64,000 bases of DNA from Chiloscyllium plagiosum. Lineage: Eukaryota. The translations under genes and the position numbers were made by a program. The notes under the pieces are model-generated. The model had not been told where the DNA came from. It did no database searches and saw nothing but the letters and a program-made list of their open reading frames with translations. The stretch spans positions 14,301,221 through 14,365,220 of the forward strand of contig NC_057750.1 of NCBI RefSeq assembly GCF_004010195.1, given 5' to 3'. Of the stretch, positions 40,081-53,444 are shown piece by piece. Position 1 is the first letter of the stretch. Each line of letters starts with the position of its first letter.

Positions 40081-40572
40081 ATTTGGGTGGATCTTGTATT
40101 TTTGGACCACATTAGCATTCTGATTGAATTTCTTTTTCAAACTCTTTCAAACACGGATGCTTCCCTAATGGCCAGTGTTGTTTTCTGGCAATGTAATAGC
40201 TTTTCCAGCCTTTTCTCAAATGGCCCATTTGTAACCAGTCAAGTTTGTAGGGTATTCTACAGTCAGGTGTCTTCATCTGATTTATTTTGTATCACATGAT
40301 TTCTCCAGCAAGACCATGTCACTGAACTATATTTAGCATTATAGAAAAGGATTGGGGTAATTACATTGGGCTTTACATTGGTTATCAAGTAAACTTTGTA
40401 CTAGGCATACTTTTACTGATGCTTACCCCTCCTTGTTGCTAAGATGCCTCCTGTTGTACCAGGTATGCCTATTCAGCTGGAATTTGGAAATTGCCCTTAA
40501 TTAAGTCCTCTAGGAGACAACTGATTACCATTTCTCACTGTCACCCTAACTCCTAAGCAGATGAACTTGTAA

Positions 40573-41081
40573 GGCCAGATTTTCATCTTGTAGGTGGGAT
40601 TCGGGAATTCTCCCAATTCTGCAATCTCACCTCAATCCTAAAAGTGCTCGCCTACCATATTTCTCAACCCAGGGAGGTGGCAATATGTGGAAATTACCTC
40701 ACCATTTCAGAAAGCACTTTCAAGGCAGCAAGGGGGCATGAAGCTTAGAAGGAAGTCTTCAGAGGGCATGGAAAAGGGTATAGATGGAGAGTTGAATGCT
40801 GAATAGAAGTGAATAGAACTAGGTTGTTTTTCCAGTAAACGGAGTTGGGACTTCTAACCTTCCAACCTAACCTGCTGCCTACCTCTGTTGCAGCCTAGTT
40901 CTATTCACTTCTGTTCAGCCCTCAACCCTCCATCCATACCCTCTTCTTTAGGCAACAGGCTCAATTCCAATCCATGTCTGCCCCAGTATGAAAAAAAGGT
41001 CTTTGATGATTGAGATGGGATTGTAGACTCAGGAAAGTATTCAACTCATAATACTCATGCTCTTAATGAATATCTGGCCCC
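40573..41081. mobile_element. Old non-autonomous DNA transposon (possibly PIF/Harbinger-type)
   Basis: TIR ggccagattttcat / atgaatatctggcc (13/14 match); TAA adjacent to both ends, though the exact TSD is ambiguous. Confidence 0.5.
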
Positions 41082-41585
41082 TAACTTACGAATTTTAAAC
41101 TGCATTTATCTTTGCAGCACACCACTTATTGCAATATGCTGATTCAAATATGATTTATTTCTCTACTTTCTTGCCATCTGTCCGTTAACCTATCCACAAT
41201 TCACAAATTATATTGATATGTTGCCCACAAGCCTATTAACCCTAATTTGGAGTAATCATTATTTACTTGTTATAGTTCAGGCTGTCTCCAATAGTTTTTA
41301 ACACTTGTTTAATAGATACCATCACCACATCTTCTTAGGTCAGTTGGTTGGTTGGCAGGTTTGCAATGCAGAGTGATGCCAACAGTGTAGGTTCAATTCT
41401 TGCACCAGCTGAGGTTATCGTGAAATACTCTCCTTCTCAACCTCTAAACCACTATCAGTCATCCCTATCTTCTGAGGGAGCTGCCCAATAGTCTGATGAG
41501 ACTGATGACTTTACCTTTTACCTCTTCCTTGTAAAAGACAAAAAAAAAACCACACAATTGAATTAGTTAAAATGACTTGGTCAGA

Positions 41586-41591
41586 TTTATT
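41586..41591 (-). terminator. Candidate poly(A) signal of the nested gene
   Basis: AATAAA on the minus strand ~650 nt after the stop, followed ~30 nt later by a GU/U-rich tract (tgtgtggttttttttttg). Confidence 0.55.
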
Positions 41592-42237
41592 TACAGGCTA
41601 TATAGTAAGTAGAACCAGTTAGATGTAGCAAGATACCGAAACAGCACACCATTGGTGTTTTCCTAATCATTCTGTTCAGAGATGTTTTTCACACCTCCAG
41701 AGCAGGTCGGACTTGAGCCCAGGCCTCATGGCGCAGAGATGGAGACATCACCACTGTGCCCTAAGAATATGCCATAGTAAAACACTAGTTGTATTATCAG
41801 TTTACAAAGAGATAATATGTCTGCTTGAGAATGCTTTTAAAGTCTTGTAAGCAATGGAAATTCTTGAAAAAGTTGAAGTTTGTTGATTTAAAGCATGCTG
41901 TTGCTGGATATGAAAGTTTTAGTTCAGATCCCTTGCAAAAATTCAAAGCTAGAAACAGCAATGTGGCTTACAGCACGGGAAGTGTAACATCACTGTTGTT
42001 TCCTGTAAGTAAACAAATAGACTGACGATCAAACAGATCTTGTGGGTGTGGGGGAGTGGGCAGAATTGCTAGCAGGACCTGTTTTGACTGAGTTAAAATT
42101 ATTTTCATGAAGCACCTGTGTTGAGTGTAAGGATACTACAAATAAAACTTTGGACATAATATGTGTAATTGACCATATACATACTCATTTTAACTTCCCT
42201 TAATTTATAATTGAGGTATCTAAATAGTGGCAGACTA

Positions 42238-42496
42238 CTAAAAAACACTTGTTTTTCTTGCACCATGCTGGCAAACTACTTTTTCTAACAAATGTAACAT
42301 ATGCTTCTGCAGCTGCAAGCTTTGATTTAGTAGGAGAGTTTGTTGATCAAGGATTCTCTGCACCTCTCGATTTGTTTCTTCCACGGCTGCACTGATTTTC
42401 TTTTGCTCTACCAGCATTGATTCCATTAGTCTTATACGCTTCTTGTGCAAGTCAGCATTTGATGTTTTCCTTTTTTTAATTGGTTGTGATTCATAT
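42238..42496 (-). CDS. Nested antisense MSANTD1-like gene, coding exon 3 (NLS-like motif and coiled coil, stop)
   Basis: ttttatcattgcag acceptor; RYESQPIKKRKTSNADLHKKRIRLMESMLVEQKKISAAVEETNREVQRILDQQTLLLNQSLQLQKHMLHLLEKVV...SVF-TAG; total spliced CDS 792 nt = 263 aa plus stop. Confidence 0.88.
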
Positions 42497-43317
42497 CTGC
42501 AATGATAAAACAGAGATGCAAAGTACTTATCTGTAAATTATATATTGAATTAAAGGTTCATTATGTACTTTATAACTGTTTGTTCATGTATTCCAAGCTG
42601 ATGCCATCAAAACTAATCATCTTGGCAGATACCTTTTTTTTTAAAACTTCTTCAGGGGGTGTGGGCATCACTGACTGTGCTAATATTTGTTGTCCATTCC
42701 TAATTGCCCTTGAAATGAATGGCTTGTTAGACTGTTTCAGAGGCAGTTGAGAGCAACAACATTGCCATGGGTCTGGAGTGACAAGTATGTGAGACTGGGC
42801 AAGGACAGCGGATTTCCTTTCCTAAAAGGACAGTGAATCCAATCAATCTTTACAATAGCCAGTGTGTTTACATGTTCACAATTAATCTGTCTTTAAATTC
42901 CAAGGTTTTTTTAAATTTGTATTCGCAATAGAGAAATTAAAACCTTCAATAACTCTTAAAAATTGACCCCAATCATTCCTAACCAGACTAGTGAATAATC
43001 ACTAATAGATAATAGGTTTATAGCGTAAACAAGAATTTAACAATTCAAAAATATAGAAGTTTTAGCAGAGCAGTTAAACCACTAATTAATTATAATACCT
43101 AAAATTTAAACCCCATCCTCTGTAATTCTAAACCCACTCTCACACAAAGATAAACAATGCAGTTAAGGGATAATAAATGTGATATAAGTAACCACTTCAC
43201 TGAAACAGACTCCACAATCTGTAACATCACTGGCATATAGGATTATATCTTGGTTTCTGACAACACAGATGCATGGAGATAACTTCCAGTAGGCTCTGAG
43301 GCATGTGCATTTAATTC

Positions 43318-43575
43318 TTCTGACTGAGAATCTCAAAGGCGGCATGGTGGCTCAGTGGTTAGTACTGTTACTTCAGTGTCAGGGACTCGGTTTCAATTCC
43401 ACCCTCAGGCGACTGTCAGTGTGGAGTTTGCACATTCTCCCTGTATCTGCATGGGTTTTCTCTGGGTGTTCTGGTTTCCTCCCACAGTCCAAAGATGTGC
43501 ACACTAGATGGATTGACTGTGGGAGGTGCAGAGTAACTGGGATAAGGTATGGGGTTGGGTCTGGGTGAGATGCAT
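43318..43575 (+). mobile_element. HE1-type SINE (3' truncated)
   Basis: tRNA-like head and core. Confidence 0.75.
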
Positions 43576-44759
43576 TATGAAATCATAGCAATGGAAGAGA
43601 ACTTCATTAAAAATACCTCAACCAATTTTGAATTCCTGGTCCTCTATTACTTAGGTGGGCATCATTTAAAAATTACTTGTGATTTACAGGATGAAATGGT
43701 GGTTGACTCTGAGCTGGGTAACTGGTAATTCATTTCAGGGACCTGGATTCAAATCCAACCCACCTTGGAATAGACATCTTCGCTGGCCAGAGAAAGTGAA
43801 GCTGAATTCAAATTCTCAGTATTTAGTTTTTCCCTAATAATGTGAGAACTGCCAGGAATCTCTCACACCATCACATCACAGCATAGACAATTAAAGATGT
43901 GTACAGTGAGGCTTATTGTCATTATACAGACTGACCAGTCAGGGAGTTGAAGGTTATTTTGGGGGTAAGGGTTTCCAGCAGGAATGATAGTTGTGGCCAT
44001 AAAAAGGCAAGATCTTATTTAATGCTGAAGCAAGCTGGAGAGACCAAATAATCTGAGACTACTAATTCTACTGATGATCTCATCAGGATATACCTCTTCT
44101 TGTTGCCATTTTTCTTTCTCTGCCAAAAAAACGCTATGTTCAAATATTTTTGAAGATCAGTATTAGAGAAAAAATAAATACCAAAAGCTTGAGTTCACTG
44201 CAAAACTCACTTTCTCCAGCAAGCAGAGTAAAAATAAATTAAATAAAATTTACTCCATAGAGCTTGTTCCACTCTACAGTGCCTCAATATAATTGTGGTT
44301 CTGATGGTATTTACATTATACACTCCATATCAGGCATCCAACCCAAGGGCAAAATATTTCAAACTGGGTATTACAGGAAGTGCAAACAGAATTTAATTTA
44401 ACTCTGTACACCATAATCCACTCTGAGCTACCTCAAAGATAATTTGAACACTTTTGATATTCCTCTTGTCACCACTGTAATTGCTGCTGGCCTTTCATTT
44501 CCTGTCATTCCCAAATAAATGGATAGTCATCAGATATCCAACAGTCTGCTCAACTTATTTACCGTTGCGTTTTTTTAGGGACAACGATGGTTCCAAACCC
44601 CCCCAAAAAAAAGGCAGTAGCAATTATTGTTGAGGTCAGTTCTGTGGAGGAAGACGACCTTGCAATGGTCTCTGCTGTCTTCAGCCTTGCCCTCTTTTAT
44701 CTTCTTGAATGGGCTTTGATCCCTGCTGAGCCCTCCTGAAGGCCAGTCAGGAGATCTCT

Positions 44760-45380
44760 GGCTGTCATTTGGTAGTTAGGAATTCAAATGCAATGTTAGC
44801 ATTCATTTCAAAAGGGCTACAATAGTCCTCCAGAGCAGAGATATACTGCTGAGGCTGTATAAGGGTTTGGTCAGACCACCTTTGGAATATTGTGAGCAAC
44901 TTGGGCCCTGTCTTTTGAGGAAGGATGTGCTGACTTTGGAGGAGATCCAGAGGATGTTGACACGAATGATCTTGGTGATGAAGGGCTTGTCATATGAGCA
45001 GCGGTTGAGGACTCTGGGTCTATACTTGATGGAGTTCAGAGGATAAGGAGCAATCTCATTGAAATACTGAGGGGCCTAGATAGAGTGGAAATGGAGAAGA
45101 TGTTTCCACTAGTAGGAGAGACTAGTACCCGAGGGCACAGCCTCAGAGTGAAGGGTTGACCCATTAGAATTGAGATAAGGAGGAATTTCTTCAATTAGAA
45201 GGTGGTAAATCTGTAGAACTCATTGCTGCAGCAGGCTATGGAGGCTAAGTCATTGAGTGAATTTAAGACAGAGACAGGTTCTTACTCGGTAAGGGAATCA
45301 AAGAGGACTGGAAAATGGAGTTGAGAAACATCAGCCATGATTGATGGGCCAAATTCTGTTCCAATGTCTTATGGTCTTGC
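44760..45380 (+). mobile_element. CR1 3' fragment
   Basis: Decayed LLRLYK.LVRP.LEYC, TRGHSL, RNFF motifs; tail atgtcttatggtctt. Confidence 0.8.
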
Positions 45381-46415
45381 TGAGTAGTATAACCCTCTTA
45401 TGCTACTCAGCAGCAATCCTGCTACATCAAAGGCATTTGATTAATCATTCAACACGGTCCTAGAAATCTGAATGCATGTGAGACAAACCATCTCACCTTC
45501 CCATGTTAGGCTACAGTGTTAGAGGAAATTAAGGAAAGAGGTATGGTTTCACCGGATGATGGTTGTCGACAACAAAGGGAGAAATTTAGCTTTACAATTT
45601 CTTCTTTAACACTACAAATTTGTAGTATAAAAATATCATACTCACCATGAAAAATTGGAAAAGTGCCTCAAGCTCTGTGAGGCCGCTGTTTCACTGATGT
45701 AAATGAAAAATGGCTGAGATCCAATTTTAGATCACTTCAAAGAACAGCCAGTACACGTATTTCTCTATCCCCCTCATCTAAGGTTTAAATGCCATATCTG
45801 AATTGTAAATTTTAAATATTTTTCATTAAATCCTTGTATCAGACTAAAATTATAAATAGATTGAAGATGACAAGATTGAAGGCGGAAGGGAATTATCCAT
45901 TTTGTAAAACCAGGCAAAGCAAAATAATTAAACAAAAAGGTTATGGAAGACAGTTTGAAGAATTACTAGTTTCCTGTTAGAAATCATGAACTCATAGGGA
46001 AGAGTTAAATGAACACAGACTTGATTAAATATTCATGAAGGATTTAGAGAAATTGGGTTAGACCTGGAGTAAGAGAGAGACACAAACTGGTCTGTACAGA
46101 GTCCAGACCATAATTGTGAATGTCTGATAGAATGGAGAAAAATGGCCTCCCATATTCCTGTTTTTATCTACCAGGTTTAAACATTTTTTCACTCTGATAT
46201 TAATTCAGTTACCAATTCAGTTTAATTTTACTTCTCTTGAGTGGAGTAAATAGTATTGCTAAATTTGGTAACTTCACACATTCAATAAAACACTCCTTAA
46301 ATTATTGAAAAATTTGCAATGCATTTTCATTTCATGAAAAATGTTAATGATATGAGAGCTTCAAGAGGAAACTCTGTTAAAACAGGCATAAGTGTAAATT
46401 TTATTCATTATAGGA

Positions 46416-46642
46416 AGGTGCCAGTGTTGGGCTGGGGTGGACGGAGTTAAAAATCACAACGCCAGGTTATAATCCAAAAGGTGTATTTGGAAGTACAAAC
46501 TTTCATAGCGCTGCTCCTTGTCAGGTAGCTAGTTCGGAGCCTGCTCCACTAACTACTTGACGAAGGAGCAGCTCTCCAAAAGCTAGTGCTTCCAAATAAA
46601 CCTGTTGGACTATAACCTGGTGTTGTGTGATTTTTGACTTTG
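46416..46642. mobile_element. Palindromic Penelope-derived element
   Basis: Inverted arms aaaaatcac...ccaggttata / tataacctgg...gtgattttt; same family as 10867 and 55821. Confidence 0.75.
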
Positions 46643-47022
46643 TAAATTTTTGCTAATTGCATGAGGCTTATTATAAATACATGGAGATGAATCATAAAAA
46701 TGTGCACGTTATTTGAGAGAATTTTGTCAGCTGGCTATTAGGAGTTGGGAATTTGGGAATACTGGCATTAAACAACATTGATTCAGAGAATTTCCATTTA
46801 GGAATTAAGTTTAGTCCCCCAATTTTGACAGTTGGATTGGTTTCTATTCACAAATCACTTGTCAGCTTGCTTTGCAAAATTCTCCAGAGGAAGCGAGAAA
46901 CATGGATGAAGAGTGTGTTAGGAGAAATTAACAATCAGAAGTATATTAGTAAATTTTAAGATTGCTATTTATTCTGCTGAACACAATCAAATTTTATTAC
47001 TAGTTTAACCAAATGCAAATAA

Positions 47023-47428
47023 TGGACGGCATGGTGGCTCAGCGGTTAGCGCTGCTGCCTCACAGTGCTAGGGAGCCGGGTTTTATTTGGACGGCATGGT
47101 GGCTCAGCGGTTAGCGCTGCTGCCTCACAGTGCTAGGGAGCCGGGTTTTATTTGATGTGCAAACTCCATACTGTCTGTAGAGTTTGCACATGCTCCCCGG
47201 GTCTGCGTGGGTTTCCTCTAGGTGCTCTGGTTTCCTCCCACAATCCAAAGATGTGTAGGTTAGGTGATTTGGCCATGCTACATTGCCCATAATGTTCAAG
47301 GATGTGTAGGTTAGGTGCATTAGACAGGGGTGAATGTAGGGGAATGGGACTGGATAGGTTATTCTTCAAAGGTTGGTGTGGACTTACTGGGCCTAATGGC
47401 CTGTTTCCACATTATAGGGATTCTATGA
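47023..47428 (+). mobile_element. HE1-type SINE with tandemly duplicated 65-bp head
   Basis: Perfect 65-bp tandem repeat 47023-47087 / 47088-47152. Confidence 0.85.
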
Positions 47429-47591
47429 TTCAATGAAATAATGTTTGCCAAGCAGAGTTCTTTAGCAACAATTGAATTTGCAAGTGATCAGTTATCACAC
47501 AGGGTCCACAGGTAATGGTTGAGAGTAAAGCCCAGGAGACCCAAGTTACCTTACTTTGGATTTAGCCGGTAATACACTATATTTGTCTCAC

Positions 47592-47870
47592 CTGAGTTGC
47601 GAAGAATGAAAACTGGATGAATTGTCCACGAGGTCGGACTCACAAGAACTTCCCTCTGATATCAAGACGTCATCAGATATGTTTGGAAGTGAAGCTGGTT
47701 TTTGTGGGGATGAAGGAGCTTCTGATTTGGAAACTGAAGGAATCTGTAGTACACTGTCAGATATATTGATTTCATCCTGTCCTGGGAACTGAGTAAGCAT
47801 CCTGTGGATAGCTTCATAATATGGCCAGTATGAAGATGAGGCAACATTTCCACACGTAGCTTTGAGTTTT
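47592..47870 (-). CDS. Nested antisense MSANTD1-like gene, coding exon 2
   Basis: tttcaattag acceptor; continues in frame RKLKATCGNVASSSYWPYYEAIHRML (C-terminal W-P-Y-Y motif of the SANT-like domain), then a Ser/Pro-rich linker; ends AG|GTGAGA (phase 2); 279 nt. Confidence 0.88.
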
Positions 47871-49227
47871 CTAATTGAAAGATGAGATGTTAATTTGAAA
47901 CCGCTATAACTCTGAGGAGGCGAACAAGTTTAGAACCATACTTACATTATACTATAATAGATTAACACATCACGATTGGAAGGTGGAAATGTAATTGATT
48001 TATAGGTTGAGAGAAAGTAAAACCAATCTCTACCTGAGAAAGAAGATTTCAGAAGGAATTGCACAATGGAAACTAGTTGTAAATGTTAATGAACTTGAAG
48101 TAGAATTTTATCATTTTATAGCTGTAGAAAGAAATTGCCATTTCTGATTCAAGATATATATTTGACGTGTCTTGAAATCTCCAATAAATGTTATCCATGA
48201 TATTTTTGCATGATATGTAGAGGTAAAGAATATATCCTGCAATAAGTACCTGGTCAGAATAATTTTGACCTGTCATAAAATAAGTATCTTTGCTTATATT
48301 ATAGAGTCGCTTGGATATATTTGATTTCTCAAAGTTAGAGTACACTGAGTCAGGAGTCCCAAACCTACATCGTGTTAGGAACATAAGCTAGATGTTAATT
48401 CTGGCTGATTTGCTGCATACTGGTCAGAGGGTACTCTCACCGTCCAATTAAGGACAGTGGGCAAGCTCTTGGAGAGCTTGAAAACTGAAGAAGTCACCAC
48501 CTGCAGTTTCAAGAAACAGAGTTAGAGGTGATTTCATCTCTATAGGTTGACTTGTGGATAAGCAAGCAGAACGGTGCCAAATGACACCCTGGAGAGCTGC
48601 CCTCACCCTTTCCTGAATAGGTCTGCTGCAGGGTGGGCTGCCTCCAATCAATTAATGTCCTTCTGACACAGCAGAAAACCTGAACGCCAAATGGAAAATT
48701 CCAATTGACCTCTGTAAAATAGCCTGAATTGATCTAAGTTCTTATGGATAGCTATCTATTCCATGATCAGCCCGACCTTCCCAAAAATAACTTCGGATGG
48801 GATTGTGGCATTCAACTGGCCCCATGAAATTAACTACCCACTCTCCTGTATTGACGGCTGAAAATCCTCCTTAAGTCAGTCATTGCAAAATGTACAATTA
48901 ATTTATGATCTATGTTGCGATCCCTATGGACATTTAAAAAGAAATTAATTACCCAGCAACCAATGAAAATAGCTAAATGATAAAGATTTCCTATTTTAGG
49001 CTTTTTAATTCAACTAACAAACTAAAATCAGTTCTGGGGAAGGATCACCAGACCCGCAACGTTAACTCTAATTTCTCTTCATAGATGCTGCCAGACTTAG
49101 AGCTTTTCCAGCAACTTGTGTTTTTGAAATCAAAATCAGCATTCATTGTATATTACTTGTTAGGCAATTAATTCACCAAACTAAAGAAAAAGGTTCTTTA
49201 ATATGAACAAACTAATTCAATGGAGAT

Positions 49228-49571
49228 ATAGAATCCCTAGAGTGTGGAAACAGGCCACTAGACCTAACAAGTCAACATCGACCTTCCGAAGAGTAACCCA
49301 CCCAAACCCTTTCTCCTACCCTATTACACTACATTTACCCTGACTAATGCACTTTGCCTACACATCACTGAACACTATGGGCAATTTAGCATGGCTAATT
49401 CATCTGCCCTGCACATCTCTGGACTGTGGGAGGAAACTGGAGCACCCGGAGGAAACCCACGCCGACACAGGGAGAATGTGTAAACTCCACACAGACAGTC
49501 GCCAGAGATTGGAATCGAAGCCGGGTTCCTGGTGCTGTGAGGCAGCAGTGCTAACCACTGAGCCACCGTGC
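49228..49571 (-). mobile_element. HE1-type SINE
   Basis: Matches the other copies. Confidence 0.85.
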
Positions 49572-50235
49572 AGCTCTTTATGTCTTATAATTTCCTGCCT
49601 TTTACACTGCACTTCTGACAGGTTTGTACTATTTCAAGTGCAAGTCCAAAATTACTCCCAGCTCTCACTAGGCTATCTTCACTCTGCCACACTCGGTCAA
49701 AGCTTCCAGTGCCCTTTGAAAGTCTTGGCACTCAGCCTGAATACCTCAGATCTGACTTTAAGCAGCAAAGCTCACCTCTGTGTGTCCTTTTTCTTAAATC
49801 TCCAAACATGTTGATTCTGTCCCCTTTCTTTGGATCAGAAAACATGTCTGCACAATTATTCTGTTTGGTTTGCAACACAAAACAGTCCTCTGCTTTTCAA
49901 ACAGTATCAGCGTTGCATTTCCCACAGTCGTATGTATTTTGTCTCTTTACGATATCTTTAAAAAACTACACTGCATGTGAGAATTGTCACTTGATTTTAA
50001 TAGGTTTCTGTTTGTTTCTTTCCCATGGCAACCAGATCACATGAGTACATCTCTGGGCAGAGGCTCATCGGTATACTCTCACCATCCTCCTTTCTAGAAC
50101 TTTGTTTTCCCCTTAAGTTAAAGAGGACATTTTAAATCATAACCATTTTCTGAAGCCTACCATTCATAACAGTTGTTAGCATTAGCCAAGATCCAGTTAC
50201 TCAGAAGGTACTGATTTTCTTAATTGTTTTCCTAC

Positions 50236-51097
50236 TGTTACGTTCCCAGATGGAGTTATTACTGGACAAGTCAGATCTTGCACTGAAATTTGGCTTGATA
50301 GATCATATTTTGTTTTTATTTAGGTTTAATGAGGTGATCTTTCAATGAAACATGAGCGTGCAATATTGCAGATAAGTGTTTTATAAATAAAACAATTATA
50401 CAAAACAAACAAAGAAGAAAACAAATAAACCAAACTATTTACATGTTTAGAATATAAATTTTATAGAATTCAAAATATAATTTCAAAATAATCATTCTCC
50501 AGTACTCTCACCAGAGAGAATCTCCTTATTTTACGCCTCTGTGTGCTTAATTTAATTCTCCCAGTCAGGAGAATCTTTTAGGTTCTTCATTTTAGTTTAT
50601 ACTTTGTCCACTTCAAATAACCTCTTTGGGGTTTACCCTTACACTTTTGATCTGAAACTATTACTACACTCCTTACTCTGCATAATGTATATCTACACTA
50701 TCATCATCATTTCTTGTGAAGAACTGCTTTACACATCCATCTTCAGCGAAGAACACTGGAGATGCCCCAACCTGAAACTAAAACTGAAAGGTTTCTTTCT
50801 GTTTCCCCCGAACTTCAAAAAAAAGTCCAGAAGCTTCCATCAGAAAACCTGATGTACTACAATGTGTACTTTATCCTCTCAAATTTTCCCAATGTAAACA
50901 AAAACCCATTAGTTTTTGAAAACTAATCAGTTTCAAAGTGTTTGGAAAAAACCTGTAACTACAGAAATACTTACAAATTAATAAATGAACCCCTTGAGAC
51001 AGAGACACACAAAACCTGATACGTCACCAGTTTAAAATTAAAATATTCAAACTCAAATAAATAATAAAAACAAGCATATCATGTGCCTTGCATTACA
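50236..51097. mobile_element. Candidate solo LTR
   Basis: Begins TGT, ends ACA, flanked by a 4-bp direct repeat CTAC (50232-50235, 51098-51101). Confidence 0.5.
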
Positions 51098-53444
51098 CTA
51101 CTAGAGAAAATTTAGAGTACCATCGAACAGTAAAGGCTAAATGCATAGACATTTTGAAATTTGTGGATTGCTATTCGCTATCCTTACCTAGTAAAAGAAC
51201 AAAAGGATATGTCATATAATCCTCCAAAGTACATGAAATTACTATATTAAGACTATAGCTAATAAGGCTGTTTTTAAATCAGACGCATATGGAAGAGATA
51301 TGCACCTCTATCTTCATTGTATAAATAATTCAAATAATGGTCATTAAAGCTTTTTTAACTGGTGTATAGGGAACTCTAATGAAAATTAACCTCTGAGAAT
51401 TAGAGGCTCACTCTGGCCTTGGGATGTTACAGAATGATTAAACTATTAACACAAAAGGAGGCCACTTTAGTCCATTCTACACAACAGTGTATCAGAGCTG
51501 ACTTATTGCAATCCCATTTGCCTGGCCAATTCCACAGATGAGTATTTTCTTCAAATGCTTAGTTCTAGCTTAAATACTGTAACTAACAAGCTTGTGTGAC
51601 CTCTAAGTAATGTATTAGTCAAGGGTGTGATGAAATTCTGTCCACATGTCTGTGTGAGTGCAGTTCCAACAATATTTCAAAAGCTGAGCATTGTCCAGGA
51701 TGAAGTAACTGCTTGATCGGCATCCCAGTTTCAACACTCATCCTCCACTGTTGGCACACATTGTAGAGGATCAACTTGCCAAATCACCTCAACTTTTCAA
51801 TTTCACAAACTATAATACCTAGAAAATAAAGGTAGCAGGCTCATGCGAACATAACTACCTCCAAGATCCCCTCCGAGTCAGACACCATCCTGACGTGGAA
51901 CTAGCTCTAACACTAGAATTGAATGCCTTCTCAACCCTCGGAATGGGTTAGAAGGCAGGGTGCCATATAATCAGATGGGTGGGGGCACATCGGTGTGCTA
52001 GTGCATAGCTTCTATAAGATGCTTCTGTGCACTACCTCAGAGGTGCGCACAGTGACAGAGGGAACGTTGTTTGTTTGCCACCCTCCACTGTTTGGCATTT
52101 GATTGATGTGAAATGCTTATTTTACAATATCAACATTCTGTATTTTGTAAGAATCGTTATGGCACCGAAGGATCCATTGAGTTAATGATTGCTCTAGGTA
52201 AAGCAATCTAATCAGTTCCGTTGCACCACTCTATCCCCCTACACCTGCAGTTTGTTTTGTTCAAGTGCCCATTGGTTTTCTTTGAATTAATTGATAGCTT
52301 CGCTTTCCACCATTCTTGTTGGCAGATAACTCCAGGATACACAGACCAAGCCGAAGGAGCTTAATTTAATAGCAAATTGCAGTGAAGTAATTTGTGTTGT
52401 TTTCTTCTTGCCTCCTTACCTCAATAGATAGGTCACTTAACCTAGGGGATAAGATTTTGTTTGTTTCTGTTCCCACACTATATTGAAACAGTCAGAAAAG
52501 ATTGATATTCCCTGAATTGGCCATTGACTGCTCTTGACATCCAATTCAAGGCCATTGGGCTGTCTTTCAAAGCTGGAGCACCTCCAGTTCTGAAGGAGCA
52601 GCAGTCTGCCATTTTGAGCAAGAGAAGTTGCTTCCAATATTAGGCACCAGCAGCAACTTTTAAAACTTTTCAATCAAAAACATGACTGCCGCTGCTGGGT
52701 AACCATCCTGGAGGATCAGATGGGTGAAGAGAACCTGTTAATGTTGTCCCCAATCCATTTGGGCAGCTACTTCAAGGCCACTGGCCTATTGCCAACTCTG
52801 CAAGAGTCCTACAGGGTGATAATTGTTCTCTGACAACTGAATGGGCCGTTGATGTATTCGTAATTGGCATTTGGGTAGTTCTTCAGCTCGCAATTGGTCT
52901 CTGAGGGAAATGACTTAGGGTGGGCTGGTGCTGGTATGTTGTCTGGATGTACAGATCCTTACACCTGCTTACCTCCAGCTGTACTTCCCTCACTGTGGAG
53001 TTAAAATTCTGACGGGATGGTCAGATAGTATCAAAGCTCAAGATACACAATATTTCCATTTGGTAGTCAAACAATGAGCTGCTTGATTCAATAGATTACC
53101 GGTTAAAAATTTGACAAATCAAGTTAGGGAACATAAAGAACCTCTGAATCCAGTGAGTACTGAAGATGCATTTGACTAAAACATGTGTTTATAGTCTATA
53201 TATTTAAATCTGCATTGTGGATCCTTGATTTAAGCCACAGTCTGCGGCTGAATGTCTTCTCAACTCTTGCATTATGTTGCAAAGTTTTGGAGATGCTTTA
53301 ACATAAAAGGAGCTCTCGTTATTTTGCGGAGAGATTGATTATTTATAGCATTAATGAACTTACAACATAATTTTAAAAAAATATGAACTTCAGATAAAGA
53401 AGTTGAGGTTTAATCATATTTTACAATGCATATGTAATGCTTAC

